DNA from: an uncultured Pseudobdellovibrionaceae bacterium
GTDB taxonomy: Bacteria > Pseudomonadota > Alphaproteobacteria > Micavibrionales > Micavibrionaceae
Direction: 5' to 3'
DNA: 64,000 bases
Assembly (NCBI GenBank): GCA_964611755.1
Contig: CAZTBB010000007.1
Location: 490 to 64,489 of the forward strand
Part shown: positions 51,173 to 61,398 of the stretch, one piece after another
Numbering within the stretch: position 1 is the first letter of the stretch
Layout: every line of letters starts with the position of its first letter
Notes under the pieces: generated by a model
Seen by the model: the letters and a program-made list of their open reading frames with translations, nothing else
Database searches by the model: none
What the model was told of the DNA's origin: nothing
Position numbers and translations under genes: made by a program

Positions 51173-51199
51173 AAGGGCCTTCCAGTAAGGCCCTTTTTT
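51173..51199 (+). terminator. Intrinsic terminator after tolC
   Basis: Perfect 9-bp stem aagggcctt / aaggccctt, 5-nt loop, T-run. Confidence 0.75.
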
Positions 51200-51346
51200 A
51201 TTGCCTGTTCCATGTTGACATTTGGCCATTCCATAATGATGTTGTTTTATTGTATAATACATAGCATAGTATGGCTCTTGTAGCTGTTCGCGTTCTATGG
51301 CCTTAGGGCGCGTTTTCATGAAATAACACTGACTGAAGAGAATCGC

Positions 51347-52990
51347 ATGCCTTTGCGCTTTTATCATCATATTCGTAAGCAAGCCTCGCAGATGGCGTGC
51401 AATTCGATGCTCTATAATTGGTCATTGGGCGGAGATGTGCCGGAAAGCCTGTTATTCAAACCGGCAGATTTATGGCCGGGAAACGCCGATGCCGGGCGCT
51501 CGATTATGAATGGTGCCTTTTTGTTTCATGGCGAGCCAATGCCGCTGCAAAACGCTTTTGCCGCGCCAAATGATCATGATCCTCTATCGCCAATGTGGCA
51601 TGGCTATATCCACGGGTTTGAATGGTTGCGAGATTTGCGTTCTCTTGGTGGTGACAATGCACGTGAGGCGGGGCGTCTTTTAACTCAGAACTGGATGAGC
51701 GATCATACGAAGTGGGATGCATTGACATGGGCGAGTGATAGTTTAGCCCCACGCATATGCGCCTGGATTGCCAATTATGATTATTTCTTCGGCGCAGCAT
51801 CAGAAGATTTGCAACATCAGGTTCTAGACCTTTTGCTGCGGCAGATTAAACATCTCCAGCGCCGCATTGATAAGGAAGGTGATGGGTTAACACGGCTTGT
51901 GATGGGTAAAGCATTGTTATATGCAGGGCTTGTTTTTGAAGGCCGTGAGGGATGGGCCGAGCTCGGGCTTGATATATTGGAAGAAGAAATTCAGGTACAA
52001 ATTTTAGGTGATGGCTCCCACATATCCCGCAGCCCTGTCGCCATTATGCGCTCTATGCAAATTTTAATTGATGTGCGTGCCGCCATGGCGGCGGCCAAAT
52101 ATCCTTTGCCTGAGAGTATTCAGCATGCGATTGATCGTGCGGGCCCGGCACTTCGGTTTTTCCGTCAAAGTGATAAGAAGCTCAGCTGTTTTAATGGTTC
52201 AAGAGAAGAATCGGAAACACTGATCGATTCTATCCTTTCTCAGGCCAATGTCCGTGGCAGATCACTCAAGGCGTTGCCATCGGCCGGATATGAACGTCTG
52301 GCGCTTGGACGCTCTGTTGTGATGGTTGATTGCGGCAATACACCACCTGCGCCGCATGACAAAGACCATCATGCCGCCCCTTTAGGGTTTGAATTTATGC
52401 ATGGAAAGGAGCGCGTGATCGTGTCATGCGGATCGCATCCAACGGCTGCGCAATGGAAGGATTCTTTACGGGCCACCGCCGCCCACAGCACATTAACAAT
52501 CGATAACCGCAATGCGTGTGAAATCCATGAAAAAGGCGGTATTAGCCGTGTGGCCAAGAATATTGTTCCTATGCGGCAAGATACAGCCAATGCGTGTTTG
52601 CTGGAAGGCTCACATGATGCTTATATACCCCTGAATGGGATCACACACGCACGAAAATTTTATCTCTCGAACCAAGGCGATGATTTGCGTGGTGAGGAAA
52701 GCCTGAGTTGCATGAGTGGAATTACACATGCGCATGAGGTTGCCTTGCGGTTTCATTTACATCCGGGCGTTCCTGTATCGCTCATTCAAAATGGCGAGGC
52801 CGCGCTGCTGCGTTTATCGAATGGGACAGGCTGGCGTTTTTGTTTTTCGGGCGGTACTTTGCGCTTGGAAGATAGTATTTATCTCGGTGAGGGGATTCGT
52901 CCGCGCAAAACGAAGCAGCTTGTGATTTATAGTGTGATGGATAGTGATCACCTGCAAATCAAATGGGCCTTGCAAAGAGAGCGTCTCTAG
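51347..52990 (+). CDS. Heparinase II/III-like family protein
   Basis: 547 aa. N-terminal 'FKPADLWPGNADAGRSIMNGAFLFHGE' and overall length and pattern match my memory of the conserved alphaproteobacterial heparinase II/III-like proteins. An extended -10 element, TGTATAAT, lies at 51251-51258. Confidence 0.7.
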   Translation: MPLRFYHHIRKQASQMACNSMLYNWSLGGDVPESLLFKPADLWPGNADAGRSIMNGAFLFHGEPMPLQNAFAAPNDHDPLSPMWHGYIHGFEWLRDLRSLGGDNAREAGRLLTQNWMSDHTKWDALTWASDSLAPRICAWIANYDYFFGAASEDLQHQVLDLLLRQIKHLQRRIDKEGDGLTRLVMGKALLYAGLVFEGREGWAELGLDILEEEIQVQILGDGSHISRSPVAIMRSMQILIDVRAAMAAAKYPLPESIQHAIDRAGPALRFFRQSDKKLSCFNGSREESETLIDSILSQANVRGRSLKALPSAGYERLALGRSVVMVDCGNTPPAPHDKDHHAAPLGFEFMHGKERVIVSCGSHPTAAQWKDSLRATAAHSTLTIDNRNACEIHEKGGISRVAKNIVPMRQDTANACLLEGSHDAYIPLNGITHARKFYLSNQGDDLRGEESLSCMSGITHAHEVALRFHLHPGVPVSLIQNGEAALLRLSNGTGWRFCFSGGTLRLEDSIYLGEGIRPRKTKQLVIYSVMDSDHLQIKWALQRERL

Positions 52991-53007
52991 GACACTCTAT
53001 TAGGCCT

Positions 53008-54432
53008 ATGGCTAAAAATCAGAAAACATATGTGTGTCAATCATGCGGCGCTGTGACCATGAAATGGTCGGGTAAGTGTGATTCGTGCTCTGAATGGAAC
53101 AGCATTGTTGAGGAAAAAACATCTCAAGAGGCGGTTCCAAAAGGGTTGGGCGCAAAACGCAAGGGCCAGCCTTTGGAGCTCTCAAACCTCAAACAGGAAG
53201 AGCACAAAACCTATCAACGCCTGAGTACGGGTATCCGTGAATTTGACCGCGTTAGTGGCGGCGGCCTTGTGCCGGGCTCGGCGATTCTGATTGGCGGTGA
53301 TCCCGGAATTGGGAAATCGACATTGCTCTTGCAAGCCGTGGGCGCAATGGCGAATAAAGGCGTGCGTTGCGTTTATGTCTCTGGTGAAGAATCCGTGGAT
53401 CAGGTGCGCATGCGCGCGCAGCGTTTGGGCTTGGAAAATGCACCGGTGGAGCTGGCTTCGGCAACGAATGTGCGCAATATTGTGGCTTCCTTGGAAGATC
53501 GTGAAAACCCTATCAAGCTTTTAATTATCGATTCGATCCAGACCATGTTTATTGATTCGATAGAAAGTGCGCCGGGAACGGTGACGCAAGTCAGGACATC
53601 GGCGCAAGAAATTATCCGCACCGCCAAAGCACGCGATATTTGTGTAATTTTTGTCGGGCATGTCACAAAAGATGGGCAAATTGCGGGTCCGCGCGTTCTT
53701 GAACATATGGTGGATTGTGTGTTGTATTTCGAAGGGGATCGATCGCATCAATTCCGCCTCCTGCGCGGGGTTAAAAACCGTTTTGGCCCAACCGATGAGA
53801 TCGGTGTGTTCGAAATGGTGCATGAGGGTCTTAGCGAGGTTGAAAATCCTTCGGCTTTATTCCTATCCCAACGCCATCAAAATGTCCCGGGAAGCGCCGT
53901 ATTAGCCGCTCTGGAGGGCACGCGCCCATTATTGGTGGAGGTGCAGGCTTTGGTCGCACCATCATCATTGGCCGCGCCAAGGCGCGCGGTGATTGGATGG
54001 GATCCAAACCGTTTGGCGATGATAGTCGCGGTGCTTGAAACACGCTGCGGTGTCAGGCTCTCCGGGCATGATATTTTCCTGAATATTGCCGGCGGCATTC
54101 GCATTTCCGAGCCGGCCGCTGATCTGGCTGTTGCTGCGGCCTTGATTAGTGCAATGAGTGGTGAGGTTTTGCCAGCAGAGACAGTTTTCTTTGGAGAGGT
54201 AGGCTTAGCTGGGGAGATTAGGCAGGTCTCGCAGCCTGAATTGCGCCTGAAGGAAGCTTCTAAGCTCGGTTTTGAAGAGGCCTTCATACCAAAAATTCCG
54301 CAAAAGAAAGGCCAGAAGGCCACGAGCACGGGCAATAGCGGGCTTCGAACCCATGAAACAGATCATATTTCGGCCCTCGCAGCCCGTTTTTCAGGATCGG
54401 ATGCAGCCAAAGCGGCCAATGATTTCATTTGA
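53008..54432 (+). CDS. radA: DNA repair protein RadA
   Basis: Zn finger 'YVCQSCGAVTMKWSGKCDSCSEWNS', Walker A 'GGDPGIGKSTLLLQ', 'KNRFG' motif, Lon-like C-terminus. Confidence 0.97.
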   Translation: MAKNQKTYVCQSCGAVTMKWSGKCDSCSEWNSIVEEKTSQEAVPKGLGAKRKGQPLELSNLKQEEHKTYQRLSTGIREFDRVSGGGLVPGSAILIGGDPGIGKSTLLLQAVGAMANKGVRCVYVSGEESVDQVRMRAQRLGLENAPVELASATNVRNIVASLEDRENPIKLLIIDSIQTMFIDSIESAPGTVTQVRTSAQEIIRTAKARDICVIFVGHVTKDGQIAGPRVLEHMVDCVLYFEGDRSHQFRLLRGVKNRFGPTDEIGVFEMVHEGLSEVENPSALFLSQRHQNVPGSAVLAALEGTRPLLVEVQALVAPSSLAAPRRAVIGWDPNRLAMIVAVLETRCGVRLSGHDIFLNIAGGIRISEPAADLAVAAALISAMSGEVLPAETVFFGEVGLAGEIRQVSQPELRLKEASKLGFEEAFIPKIPQKKGQKATSTGNSGLRTHETDHISALAARFSGSDAAKAANDFI

Positions 54433-54491
54433 TTGGTGTTTTGGGGCGATTGCCTCTTGCCAAAAACCCCTTAAGAACTTAAATAGTAGAG

Positions 54492-55250
54492 ATGATTATC
54501 GATATCATTGTTCTGGTTATCCTTCTTGCGTCCTGTGTTATTTCATTGGTCCGTGGCTTCATACGTGAAACGCTTACTATTCTTGGCGTTGGTGGTGGTT
54601 TGGCGGCGGCCTATCTCGGCGGGCCGTTTTTAGCACCGTTGGTGGCCGGATGGTTTGGCGTGGACCCGAATTCAAGCGAACCGGCACAAAAACTGTTTGA
54701 TATTGTTCCCTATTCTCTTGTGGCTGATCTTGTTTCTTACGGCGGTATTTTCGTTGCCGTTGTGATTGCCTTGTCCTTAACCAGCCATATGATCGCGGAA
54801 GCCGCCAAAACAATTGGCCTTGGCGCCGTGGACCGTACGCTTGGCGTTGTTTTTGGGCTGGTAAGGGGTGTTCTTTTGCTCGGACTGCTCTATCTTCCTG
54901 TTTTTCTTTTGGTGGATGACACAACGAAAGATCAATGGATGGAAGGCAGTCGAACAAAGGTTTATCTGGATTTAACGGCAGCTCAGCTGGCCGGTCTGTT
55001 ACCGGATCAAAGCACGGAGCAAATCAGCAAAGATCGAGAAACACTCTTTGGTGAGGGCACGCGCGAAAAGCTACAAAGCCTGGATCTGTTAAAGGATCAA
55101 AACGCGGTGGACCAAATTAATAAAGTTCTTAAAGAAAATGCCGATGGCTATACAGATGAATTTCGTGATGAAATGAACGACCTCTTCAGACAAGAGTCAG
55201 ACACCACGATAGAGCCTTTGAACCAGAACCAGGGGGTCGGAAATGAGTAA
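54492..55250 (+). CDS. cvpA: CvpA family membrane protein
   Basis: 252 aa. N-terminal 'IIDIIVLVILLASCVISLVRGFIRE', four hydrophobic helices, classic position upstream of purF (8-nt overlap). Confidence 0.85.
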   Translation: MIIDIIVLVILLASCVISLVRGFIRETLTILGVGGGLAAAYLGGPFLAPLVAGWFGVDPNSSEPAQKLFDIVPYSLVADLVSYGGIFVAVVIALSLTSHMIAEAAKTIGLGAVDRTLGVVFGLVRGVLLLGLLYLPVFLLVDDTTKDQWMEGSRTKVYLDLTAAQLAGLLPDQSTEQISKDRETLFGEGTREKLQSLDLLKDQNAVDQINKVLKENADGYTDEFRDEMNDLFRQESDTTIEPLNQNQGVGNE

Positions 55251-56727
55251 TCAAACACCATGGGATGATGATAAGTTACATGAAGAATGCGGTATTTTCG
55301 GCGTGTATGGGAATGAGGACGCCGCCGCACTCACGGCTTTAGGCCTTCACGCCCTTCAACATCGCGGTCAGGAAGCCTGCGGTATTGTCACTTATGATGG
55401 TGAGAATTTTTATTCCAAGCGTGCACTCGGCCTTGTTGATGATACGTTTTCTGATGCGAGTGTGATTGAGCGCCTTAAAGGTCATGCCGCCATCGGTCAT
55501 AACCGCTATGCAACAACAGGTGAGACATGGTTTCGAAATATCCAGCCACTATATGCTGATATTTCTCTTGGTGGCTTGGCGGTGGCGCATAATGGAAATT
55601 TGACCAATGCGCGCGTATTGCGTGAGGAGCTGGTCAAAAAGGGCGCTATTTTTCAATCCACCAGTGATACAGAAGTAATCTTGCACATGGTGGCGATGTC
55701 ACAAAAAGACAATGTCATTGATCGCCTGATTGATGGGATCGCCCGCATTGAAGGCGCGTTTTCATTGGTGGCGACGTCAAATAACCAAATGGTCGGCGTG
55801 CGCGATCCGCATGGTATTCGCCCGCTCTGTATCGGCAAGCTCGGCGATGCCTATATCTTTGCCTCTGAGAGCTGCGCGCTTGATATTATCGGCGCGGATT
55901 ATGTGCGTGAAGTGGAGGCCGGTGAGATGGTGATCCTGAGCCCTGATGGCATAGAGAGCCAATTCCCGTTTGCACGCAAGCCCTCACGGTTTTGTATTTT
56001 CGAATATATTTATTTCGCCCGCCCGGATAGCTTCATGGAAGATAAATCCGTTTATGAAATGCGCAAGAATATCGGTAAGGAATTGGCGAAGGAATCGCCA
56101 TGCGATGCCGATTTGGTTGTGCCGGTCCCCGATAGCGGCGTTCCCTCCGCGATTGGATTTGCCGAGGAAGCCGGTATTCCATTTGAGCTCGGGATAATTC
56201 GCAATCACTATGTTGGCCGCACATTTATCGAGCCATCCGATAAAATCCGTCATTTGGGCGTGCGTCTGAAGCATAATGCAAACCGCGCCTATATTGAGGG
56301 TAAGAAGGTTGTTTTGGTGGATGATTCGATTGTACGTGGAACCACATCGCGCAAGATTGTCGAGATGGTGCGCGCGGCCGGTGCAAAAGAAGTGCATATG
56401 CGCATTTCATCGCCGCCAACCAAATATAGCTGCTTCTACGGGATTGATACGCCTTCGACAGAAGAATTGTTAGCGCATTCAAAATCGGTGGATGATATTG
56501 CCAAATATATCTCGGCCGATTCGCTCTCTTATATCTCTATAGATGGCTTATACCGTGCGGTTGGTGAAACAAAACGTGATGCATCCAATCCACAATATTG
56601 CGATGCGTGTTTCACAGGTGAATATGCGGTTCGCCTCACAGATCATGAGCAAAACCTGACAGGTCGTCAGGTGACAGGCTTGCAAGAACGCCAAAAGCCC
56701 AAGAAGAATAAAGCGGCTAGCGGATAG
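55243..56727 (+). CDS. purF: Amidophosphoribosyltransferase PurF
   Basis: 494 aa. N-terminal nucleophile 'ECGIFGV', 'LQHRGQEACGI', PRPP motif 'VVLVDDSIVRGTTS'. Confidence 0.97.
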   Translation: MSNQTPWDDDKLHEECGIFGVYGNEDAAALTALGLHALQHRGQEACGIVTYDGENFYSKRALGLVDDTFSDASVIERLKGHAAIGHNRYATTGETWFRNIQPLYADISLGGLAVAHNGNLTNARVLREELVKKGAIFQSTSDTEVILHMVAMSQKDNVIDRLIDGIARIEGAFSLVATSNNQMVGVRDPHGIRPLCIGKLGDAYIFASESCALDIIGADYVREVEAGEMVILSPDGIESQFPFARKPSRFCIFEYIYFARPDSFMEDKSVYEMRKNIGKELAKESPCDADLVVPVPDSGVPSAIGFAEEAGIPFELGIIRNHYVGRTFIEPSDKIRHLGVRLKHNANRAYIEGKKVVLVDDSIVRGTTSRKIVEMVRAAGAKEVHMRISSPPTKYSCFYGIDTPSTEELLAHSKSVDDIAKYISADSLSYISIDGLYRAVGETKRDASNPQYCDACFTGEYAVRLTDHEQNLTGRQVTGLQERQKPKKNKAASG

Positions 56728-56736
56728 GCGTATTTC

Positions 56737-57447
56737 ATGGATGGCGATGATTTTTCCGGAAAAATAGCACTTGTAACCGGTGCCTCAAGGGGCATTGGCG
56801 GCGCCACAGCAAAAGCCCTCGCGGCGCAGGGTGCCCATGTGATTTTATTGGCTAAATCACAAGGTGCTCTGGAAGAAATTGATGATGATATTTCTGCATC
56901 CGGTGGGCAATCAACGATTTTAAAAATGAATCTGCAGCGCGGGGAGGATGTCGATAAAATCGGCCCTACAATCGCGGAGCGTTTTGGGGCGCTCGATATC
57001 GTCGTCGGCAATGCCGGTATTTTGGGCCCGCTCACACCCATTACCCATGCAAACCCGGGTGATTGGGATAAGGTGATGGCCATTAATGTAACCGCGAATT
57101 TTAGATTGGTGCGCTCGGTGGATCCGCTCTTGCGTGCCTCCGGGCATGGCCGTGCCGTCTTTATTACAAGTGGAATGGCCCAAAACAATCATCCTTATTG
57201 GGCGCTTTATGCTGCATCAAAAGCGGCGCTGAATGCAGCAATTTTAACCTATGCTGCGGAGAATAATGATACCTCTATGCGCATTAATCTGCTCAGCCCG
57301 GGGCCTGTTGATACACGTATGTTAGGCGATGCTTTTCCTGGCGGTTATCAGGGCGAAGACATGAAAAAGCCCGAAGATGTTGTCGATGCAATCCTCGGGC
57401 TTTGTTCTGAACACTGTACGCAGCACGGTGAAATCATCGCGCTATAG
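56737..57447 (+). CDS. SDR family oxidoreductase
   Basis: 236 aa. 'ALVTGASRGIG', 'GNAG', catalytic 'YAASKAAL'. Confidence 0.9.
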   Translation: MDGDDFSGKIALVTGASRGIGGATAKALAAQGAHVILLAKSQGALEEIDDDISASGGQSTILKMNLQRGEDVDKIGPTIAERFGALDIVVGNAGILGPLTPITHANPGDWDKVMAINVTANFRLVRSVDPLLRASGHGRAVFITSGMAQNNHPYWALYAASKAALNAAILTYAAENNDTSMRINLLSPGPVDTRMLGDAFPGGYQGEDMKKPEDVVDAILGLCSEHCTQHGEIIAL

Positions 57448-57465
57448 CAGGTTGTGGCTTAAATT

Positions 57466-58329
57466 TTAGGCCGCTTTTTTGCTTTGTGTTGTTTTCTTTT
57501 TATCATTGGCGGCTGATTTTTTTGCACTCATATCGTGCAATTCAATGGTGCGCATTGGGAATGGAATTGTAATGCCATCTTTATCCAATGCTTCCTTCAC
57601 AGCTTTCGTTAAGTCCCATTTTACAGCCCAGTAATCTGATCCCTGGCACCAGATGCGGATAATCAAATCAACCGATGAGTCACCAAGATTGGCTACCATC
57701 ACTTCAGGGGCTTTACCTTCAGTGGTGATCAAACGCTTTTCTTTTTTCAACACGGCCTCGATTGTTTTGAAGGCTTTGTTGATATCATCAGAATAGCTGA
57801 TCCCGACATTGATATCTTGACGGCGCTGTTTATTGCGGGAGTAGTTTTTCATGTCGCTGCCCCAAAGGTTGCTGTTCGGCACATAGATATAGACATTATC
57901 CGGTGTCGCGAGCTCCGTCCCGAACAGGCCGAGTGATTTTACCGTACCGGCAACGCCGCCACCTTCAATGAAGTCACCGACATTGAATGGACGCATAATC
58001 AACAGCATAACGCCTGCGGCTACATCGCTTAATGTCCCCTGTAGCGCCAGGCCAATAGCAAGACCCGCCGCACCAAGGACAGCAAGCAAGCTGGCTGTTT
58101 GGATGCCGAATTCGCCAAGAACACTAATCACGGCAACGGCAAAGATAAGATATTTTGCAAGACCGCCAAGAAATGTTTTCAGCGTGGCATCAAGTTTTTT
58201 AATGCTGATAATTGTTTTCTTGGCATAGTTGCCGATAACCCAACCGGCGATAAGAATAAGCGATGCCGTAAGCAGGCTCATTCCCCAAACTGTGACGAGT
58301 GATACACTCGTATTGACCATATCTTCCAT
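57466..58329 (-). CDS. Small-conductance mechanosensitive channel (MscS family)
   Basis: Three N-terminal TM helices, then 'RPFNVGDFIEGGGVAGTVKSLGLFGTELATPDNVYIYVPNS'. Start taken at an internal Met (MEDMVN). Confidence 0.88.
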   Translation of the reverse strand: MEDMVNTSVSLVTVWGMSLLTASLILIAGWVIGNYAKKTIISIKKLDATLKTFLGGLAKYLIFAVAVISVLGEFGIQTASLLAVLGAAGLAIGLALQGTLSDVAAGVMLLIMRPFNVGDFIEGGGVAGTVKSLGLFGTELATPDNVYIYVPNSNLWGSDMKNYSRNKQRRQDINVGISYSDDINKAFKTIEAVLKKEKRLITTEGKAPEVMVANLGDSSVDLIIRIWCQGSDYWAVKWDLTKAVKEALDKDGITIPFPMRTIELHDMSAKKSAANDKKKTTQSKKAA

Positions 58330-58457
58330 AAGAGAGCTTCCTTCTATTTTAATGATAGATTTATGTTTAAGGCTTTTTGGCCGAAAGAGCAAGAGGACAG
58401 CGCGTATCGCAGCAAAATAGGCTTGTAATTTTTAATATGACCTGCGATACATGGCTC

Positions 58458-59486
58458 ATGTCTAAAAAAATATGTGTTCTTTATACGGGTGGGACTTACG
58501 GATCGACCCTCACCAAGGATGGGCTTGAGCCATTTCCGCCGGGTGATTTTGAATCAGTGATGCGCACCATTATGCAAGAGAACGGTGTACGCACCGCGTT
58601 TGATTTTCTTGAGATGGAACGTTTGATTGATAGCTCTCAGGCCGAGCTTAGTGATTGGAATATGATCGCTGAAAAGATAGCTCAGATCTATGATGATTAT
58701 TCAGGCTTTGTTGTTATCCATGGCACGGACACATTGGCCAATGCTTCGGCCGCACTTTCATTTATGTTGAACGGGCTTGATAAGCCCGTGATTGTAACAG
58801 GCTCTCATTATCCGCTTATTGCGGTGGATACGGATGCGACTGACAATACCAAGCTGGCTTTGAAGGCGGCATCACAGGAAAACCTCAAAGGCGTTTTTGT
58901 CGCTTTTGGGGATCATGTCATGATTGGCAGCCGCGTTGTGAAATATTCATGTGACGATATCAATGCCTTCCATAGTCCGAATGCCGCACCTGTCTCATTA
59001 TCAAAAGGGATGGATCTTAGGCACAATACATCGGATAATTTTTCTTACGTGCCGTTGCAAGCGCATGATCTGGAGCTTGTGCGTTCTCAACCCGGAAATT
59101 CAAAATTTTTGGCAAAGCGGATTTCAAATTCGCAGGCGAAAGGCCTTGTCATTGATTCCTATGGCAATGGGAACTTACCCGACACACAAGAGATGCGTGC
59201 CGCCATCAAAAAACAAATTGATAGGGGCGTGCCCGTCATCATCAAAACACAATGCCTGCAGGGCTTTGCCGATTTTCGTTACAGCGCCGGATCATGGCTC
59301 AAGGATCTTGGCGTGATCTCCGCGCATGATATGGGCGAGCCGGCCATTATGATGAAGCTCAATCGATTGCTCGATCAGGGGCTAAGCGGTGATGATGTGG
59401 CAAAAGCATTTGAAACGGATTTATCTGGTGAAGTTCAGTTTCAATCAGAGCCGTCTTACCCCGCGATGCGTAACGACTTTTTATAA
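58458..59486 (+). CDS. Type I L-asparaginase
   Basis: 'KICVLYTGGTYGS' (TGGT motif), 'VVIHGTDTLA'. Start at ATG 58458. Confidence 0.88.
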   Translation: MSKKICVLYTGGTYGSTLTKDGLEPFPPGDFESVMRTIMQENGVRTAFDFLEMERLIDSSQAELSDWNMIAEKIAQIYDDYSGFVVIHGTDTLANASAALSFMLNGLDKPVIVTGSHYPLIAVDTDATDNTKLALKAASQENLKGVFVAFGDHVMIGSRVVKYSCDDINAFHSPNAAPVSLSKGMDLRHNTSDNFSYVPLQAHDLELVRSQPGNSKFLAKRISNSQAKGLVIDSYGNGNLPDTQEMRAAIKKQIDRGVPVIIKTQCLQGFADFRYSAGSWLKDLGVISAHDMGEPAIMMKLNRLLDQGLSGDDVAKAFETDLSGEVQFQSEPSYPAMRNDFL

Positions 59487-59492
59487 ACGTAT

Positions 59493-60737
59493 CTATTGTT
59501 TTTGATGCACTACTTTATCAACCGCGATGCATAGGCAGAGCAGCATGATAAAACACCCCAGCCACCAACTTTGCCAGATACCATAGCCCGTCGAGGCAAC
59601 GGCAATAACGGAATAAAGCGTGGGCAAATAGATGCGTGCGCGGCTTGGCTCCAGTTTTGATATTTGCCAAAGAAGCATTCCAATAAATCCGGAGAGCACA
59701 GCAACACCAATCACACCAAATTCAATCCAGAATTGCACGGCAAAATTATGGGGATGCAAAATATATGGATCCGGATGATACAGCATGGCTGAATCAAAAT
59801 TTTTGATATGGCGCGTGGCTTCGATGCCGAAACCTGTCCAAGGTTGATCCAGCGCATAGCGGCTGATGAAATCCCAAATTTCCATGCGGTGCATGGCATA
59901 ACCCGTTTGAAACCAGTGATATTGTTCGATGATGGATGGCAAAGATTTGAACATCCATTGGCTGAGCCAGGGCGTTGCGAAGAGAAGCACCACGGTTACA
60001 AACCCGATGGCTATATAGGATGCTTTGCATCGATAGGGAAAGGCGAGGAATAAAACGCCGCCAATAATCATACCCAAATGCGAGGATTGGCTTTGGGTCA
60101 GATACAGCATAAACCCGCAAGAGATAATGAACATGAAGAGCAATGCGATCGCGATATATCGTCGTTTTGCCGCGTAAGTTTGCATGGAATGCCTTATAAG
60201 AGCCAGCGCCGCAAAGAAACACAGGCTAATGCAAAGAACCGATCTATTCATCACAGAGGGGTTAAAATGTTCGGTGCCGTATTCCTTACCACGGAAGAGA
60301 TGGTGTAGATAGCCATCGCTCAGTAATTCGTAACAGCATAGCGCGGCTCCGATGATTAGAAAGAACGGTAATACGATGCTGATTTTTTCTAAGTGTTGCG
60401 CATTTATATTTTGTATAGCGCTGACCAGCAATAGACCGGGAATAAGGACAAGGGCAATTTTGCCTGTTCTCTCGAGCGCAAAATCCGCATCAATCGCCCA
60501 TAATGAGCTGATCGCCGCGAGGAGCAAGAGGACCCCGACGAGGATATATCCCCGCACCTCAAAACGCGGCCATGATTTGCTTTGGATAGCCAGAGCGCTT
60601 ATGAGAATCAGGCCAAACGCACCAGGTAAAAACGACAGAGCACGCGGTGATAATACTCCAATGAACGGCATCAGGCTAAGGGCTATAACAGAGCACAGCC
60701 CAATCCAAACAAATTTATTATCAGCGGTCATGGTCAT
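59493..60737 (-). CDS. O-antigen ligase (Wzy_C) family membrane protein
   Basis: About 414 aa, polytopic. 'HPHNFAVQFWIEFGVIGV' is typical of the O-antigen ligase/Wzy_C domain. Start at the internal Met (MTMTADN). Confidence 0.72.
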   Translation of the reverse strand: MTMTADNKFVWIGLCSVIALSLMPFIGVLSPRALSFLPGAFGLILISALAIQSKSWPRFEVRGYILVGVLLLLAAISSLWAIDADFALERTGKIALVLIPGLLLVSAIQNINAQHLEKISIVLPFFLIIGAALCCYELLSDGYLHHLFRGKEYGTEHFNPSVMNRSVLCISLCFFAALALIRHSMQTYAAKRRYIAIALLFMFIISCGFMLYLTQSQSSHLGMIIGGVLFLAFPYRCKASYIAIGFVTVVLLFATPWLSQWMFKSLPSIIEQYHWFQTGYAMHRMEIWDFISRYALDQPWTGFGIEATRHIKNFDSAMLYHPDPYILHPHNFAVQFWIEFGVIGVAVLSGFIGMLLWQISKLEPSRARIYLPTLYSVIAVASTGYGIWQSWWLGCFIMLLCLCIAVDKVVHQKQ

Positions 60738-60744
60738 ATTTTTT

Positions 60745-61317
60745 CTAAGACGGGATCCATATGGCGTAAAGAACAAGTGCAATGGAAATAAAGTTTCCAA
60801 GGAAGAAGATCATATAGGCGAGTTTGAGCCAGCGAAATTTCGGCAAAATTATGCGGCGGGCAACATCATGAATATCTTTGACGGCCGCCTCCGATAGTTC
60901 GCTTAAATTATTAAAGACAGGCAAAAAGTCCTGAACAAACTCATCCTCACTCATACGGCCAATATCACCAAAATGCAGAAGATTGACGGATCCATCAGGT
61001 TTGGCACCGGCGCGCCGTTTCGGATAGATACATATAATGCAAAAAAAGATGGTGAGCACACCAACCAGAATTGTGATTGTGGCAGGCCAATGAAATTGCT
61101 CCTCTTGAACCCAGTTCAATGCAACGGGAACAAGGATAGAGTTCAAGATGATCATCGCCTGCGCCTTTTGATCGACAAGGGCGATGTAATTGAAAAACTT
61201 AGCCGTGGTGGCGCTCAAAATTTGGCCACGGACAAGCGCTTCCCATCTGCGTTGATCGGCCGATTCAGGGAATGTTGTAAAGTCTTCTGTCTTGGGGTTA
61301 TTGCCAAATATAGACAT
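60745..61317 (-). CDS. DUF5706/PycTM-like membrane protein (Pycsar-effector-family fold, orphan)
   Basis: 190 aa. 'VDQKAQAMIILNSIL', hydrophobic hairpin ending 'IYPKRR', 'LLHFGDIGRMSEDEF', terminal TM. The pattern matches my memory of DUF5706. Confidence 0.5.
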   Translation of the reverse strand: MSIFGNNPKTEDFTTFPESADQRRWEALVRGQILSATTAKFFNYIALVDQKAQAMIILNSILVPVALNWVQEEQFHWPATITILVGVLTIFFCIICIYPKRRAGAKPDGSVNLLHFGDIGRMSEDEFVQDFLPVFNNLSELSEAAVKDIHDVARRIILPKFRWLKLAYMIFFLGNFISIALVLYAIWIPS

Positions 61318-61398
61318 GGTTTTCAGATCTTATCCCATTGTTTAGAAAAAGATCATTGCAGAACTATGCCCTTTGGGCAAGATGGATAAAACTTTTAC

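Noticed and set aside
54272-54568. 98-aa ORF bridging the radA end and cvpA start
   Set aside because: It overlaps both conserved genes out of frame and has no independent support.
54556-54571. Partial parS-like half-sites (e.g. 'catacgtgaaacg' at ~54560, 'tgtttcacgcgc' at ~11713, 'tgtttcacaggtga' at ~56611)
   Set aside because: Only one arm of the palindrome is present. This is not comparable to the three full 15-16/16 sites upstream of parAB.
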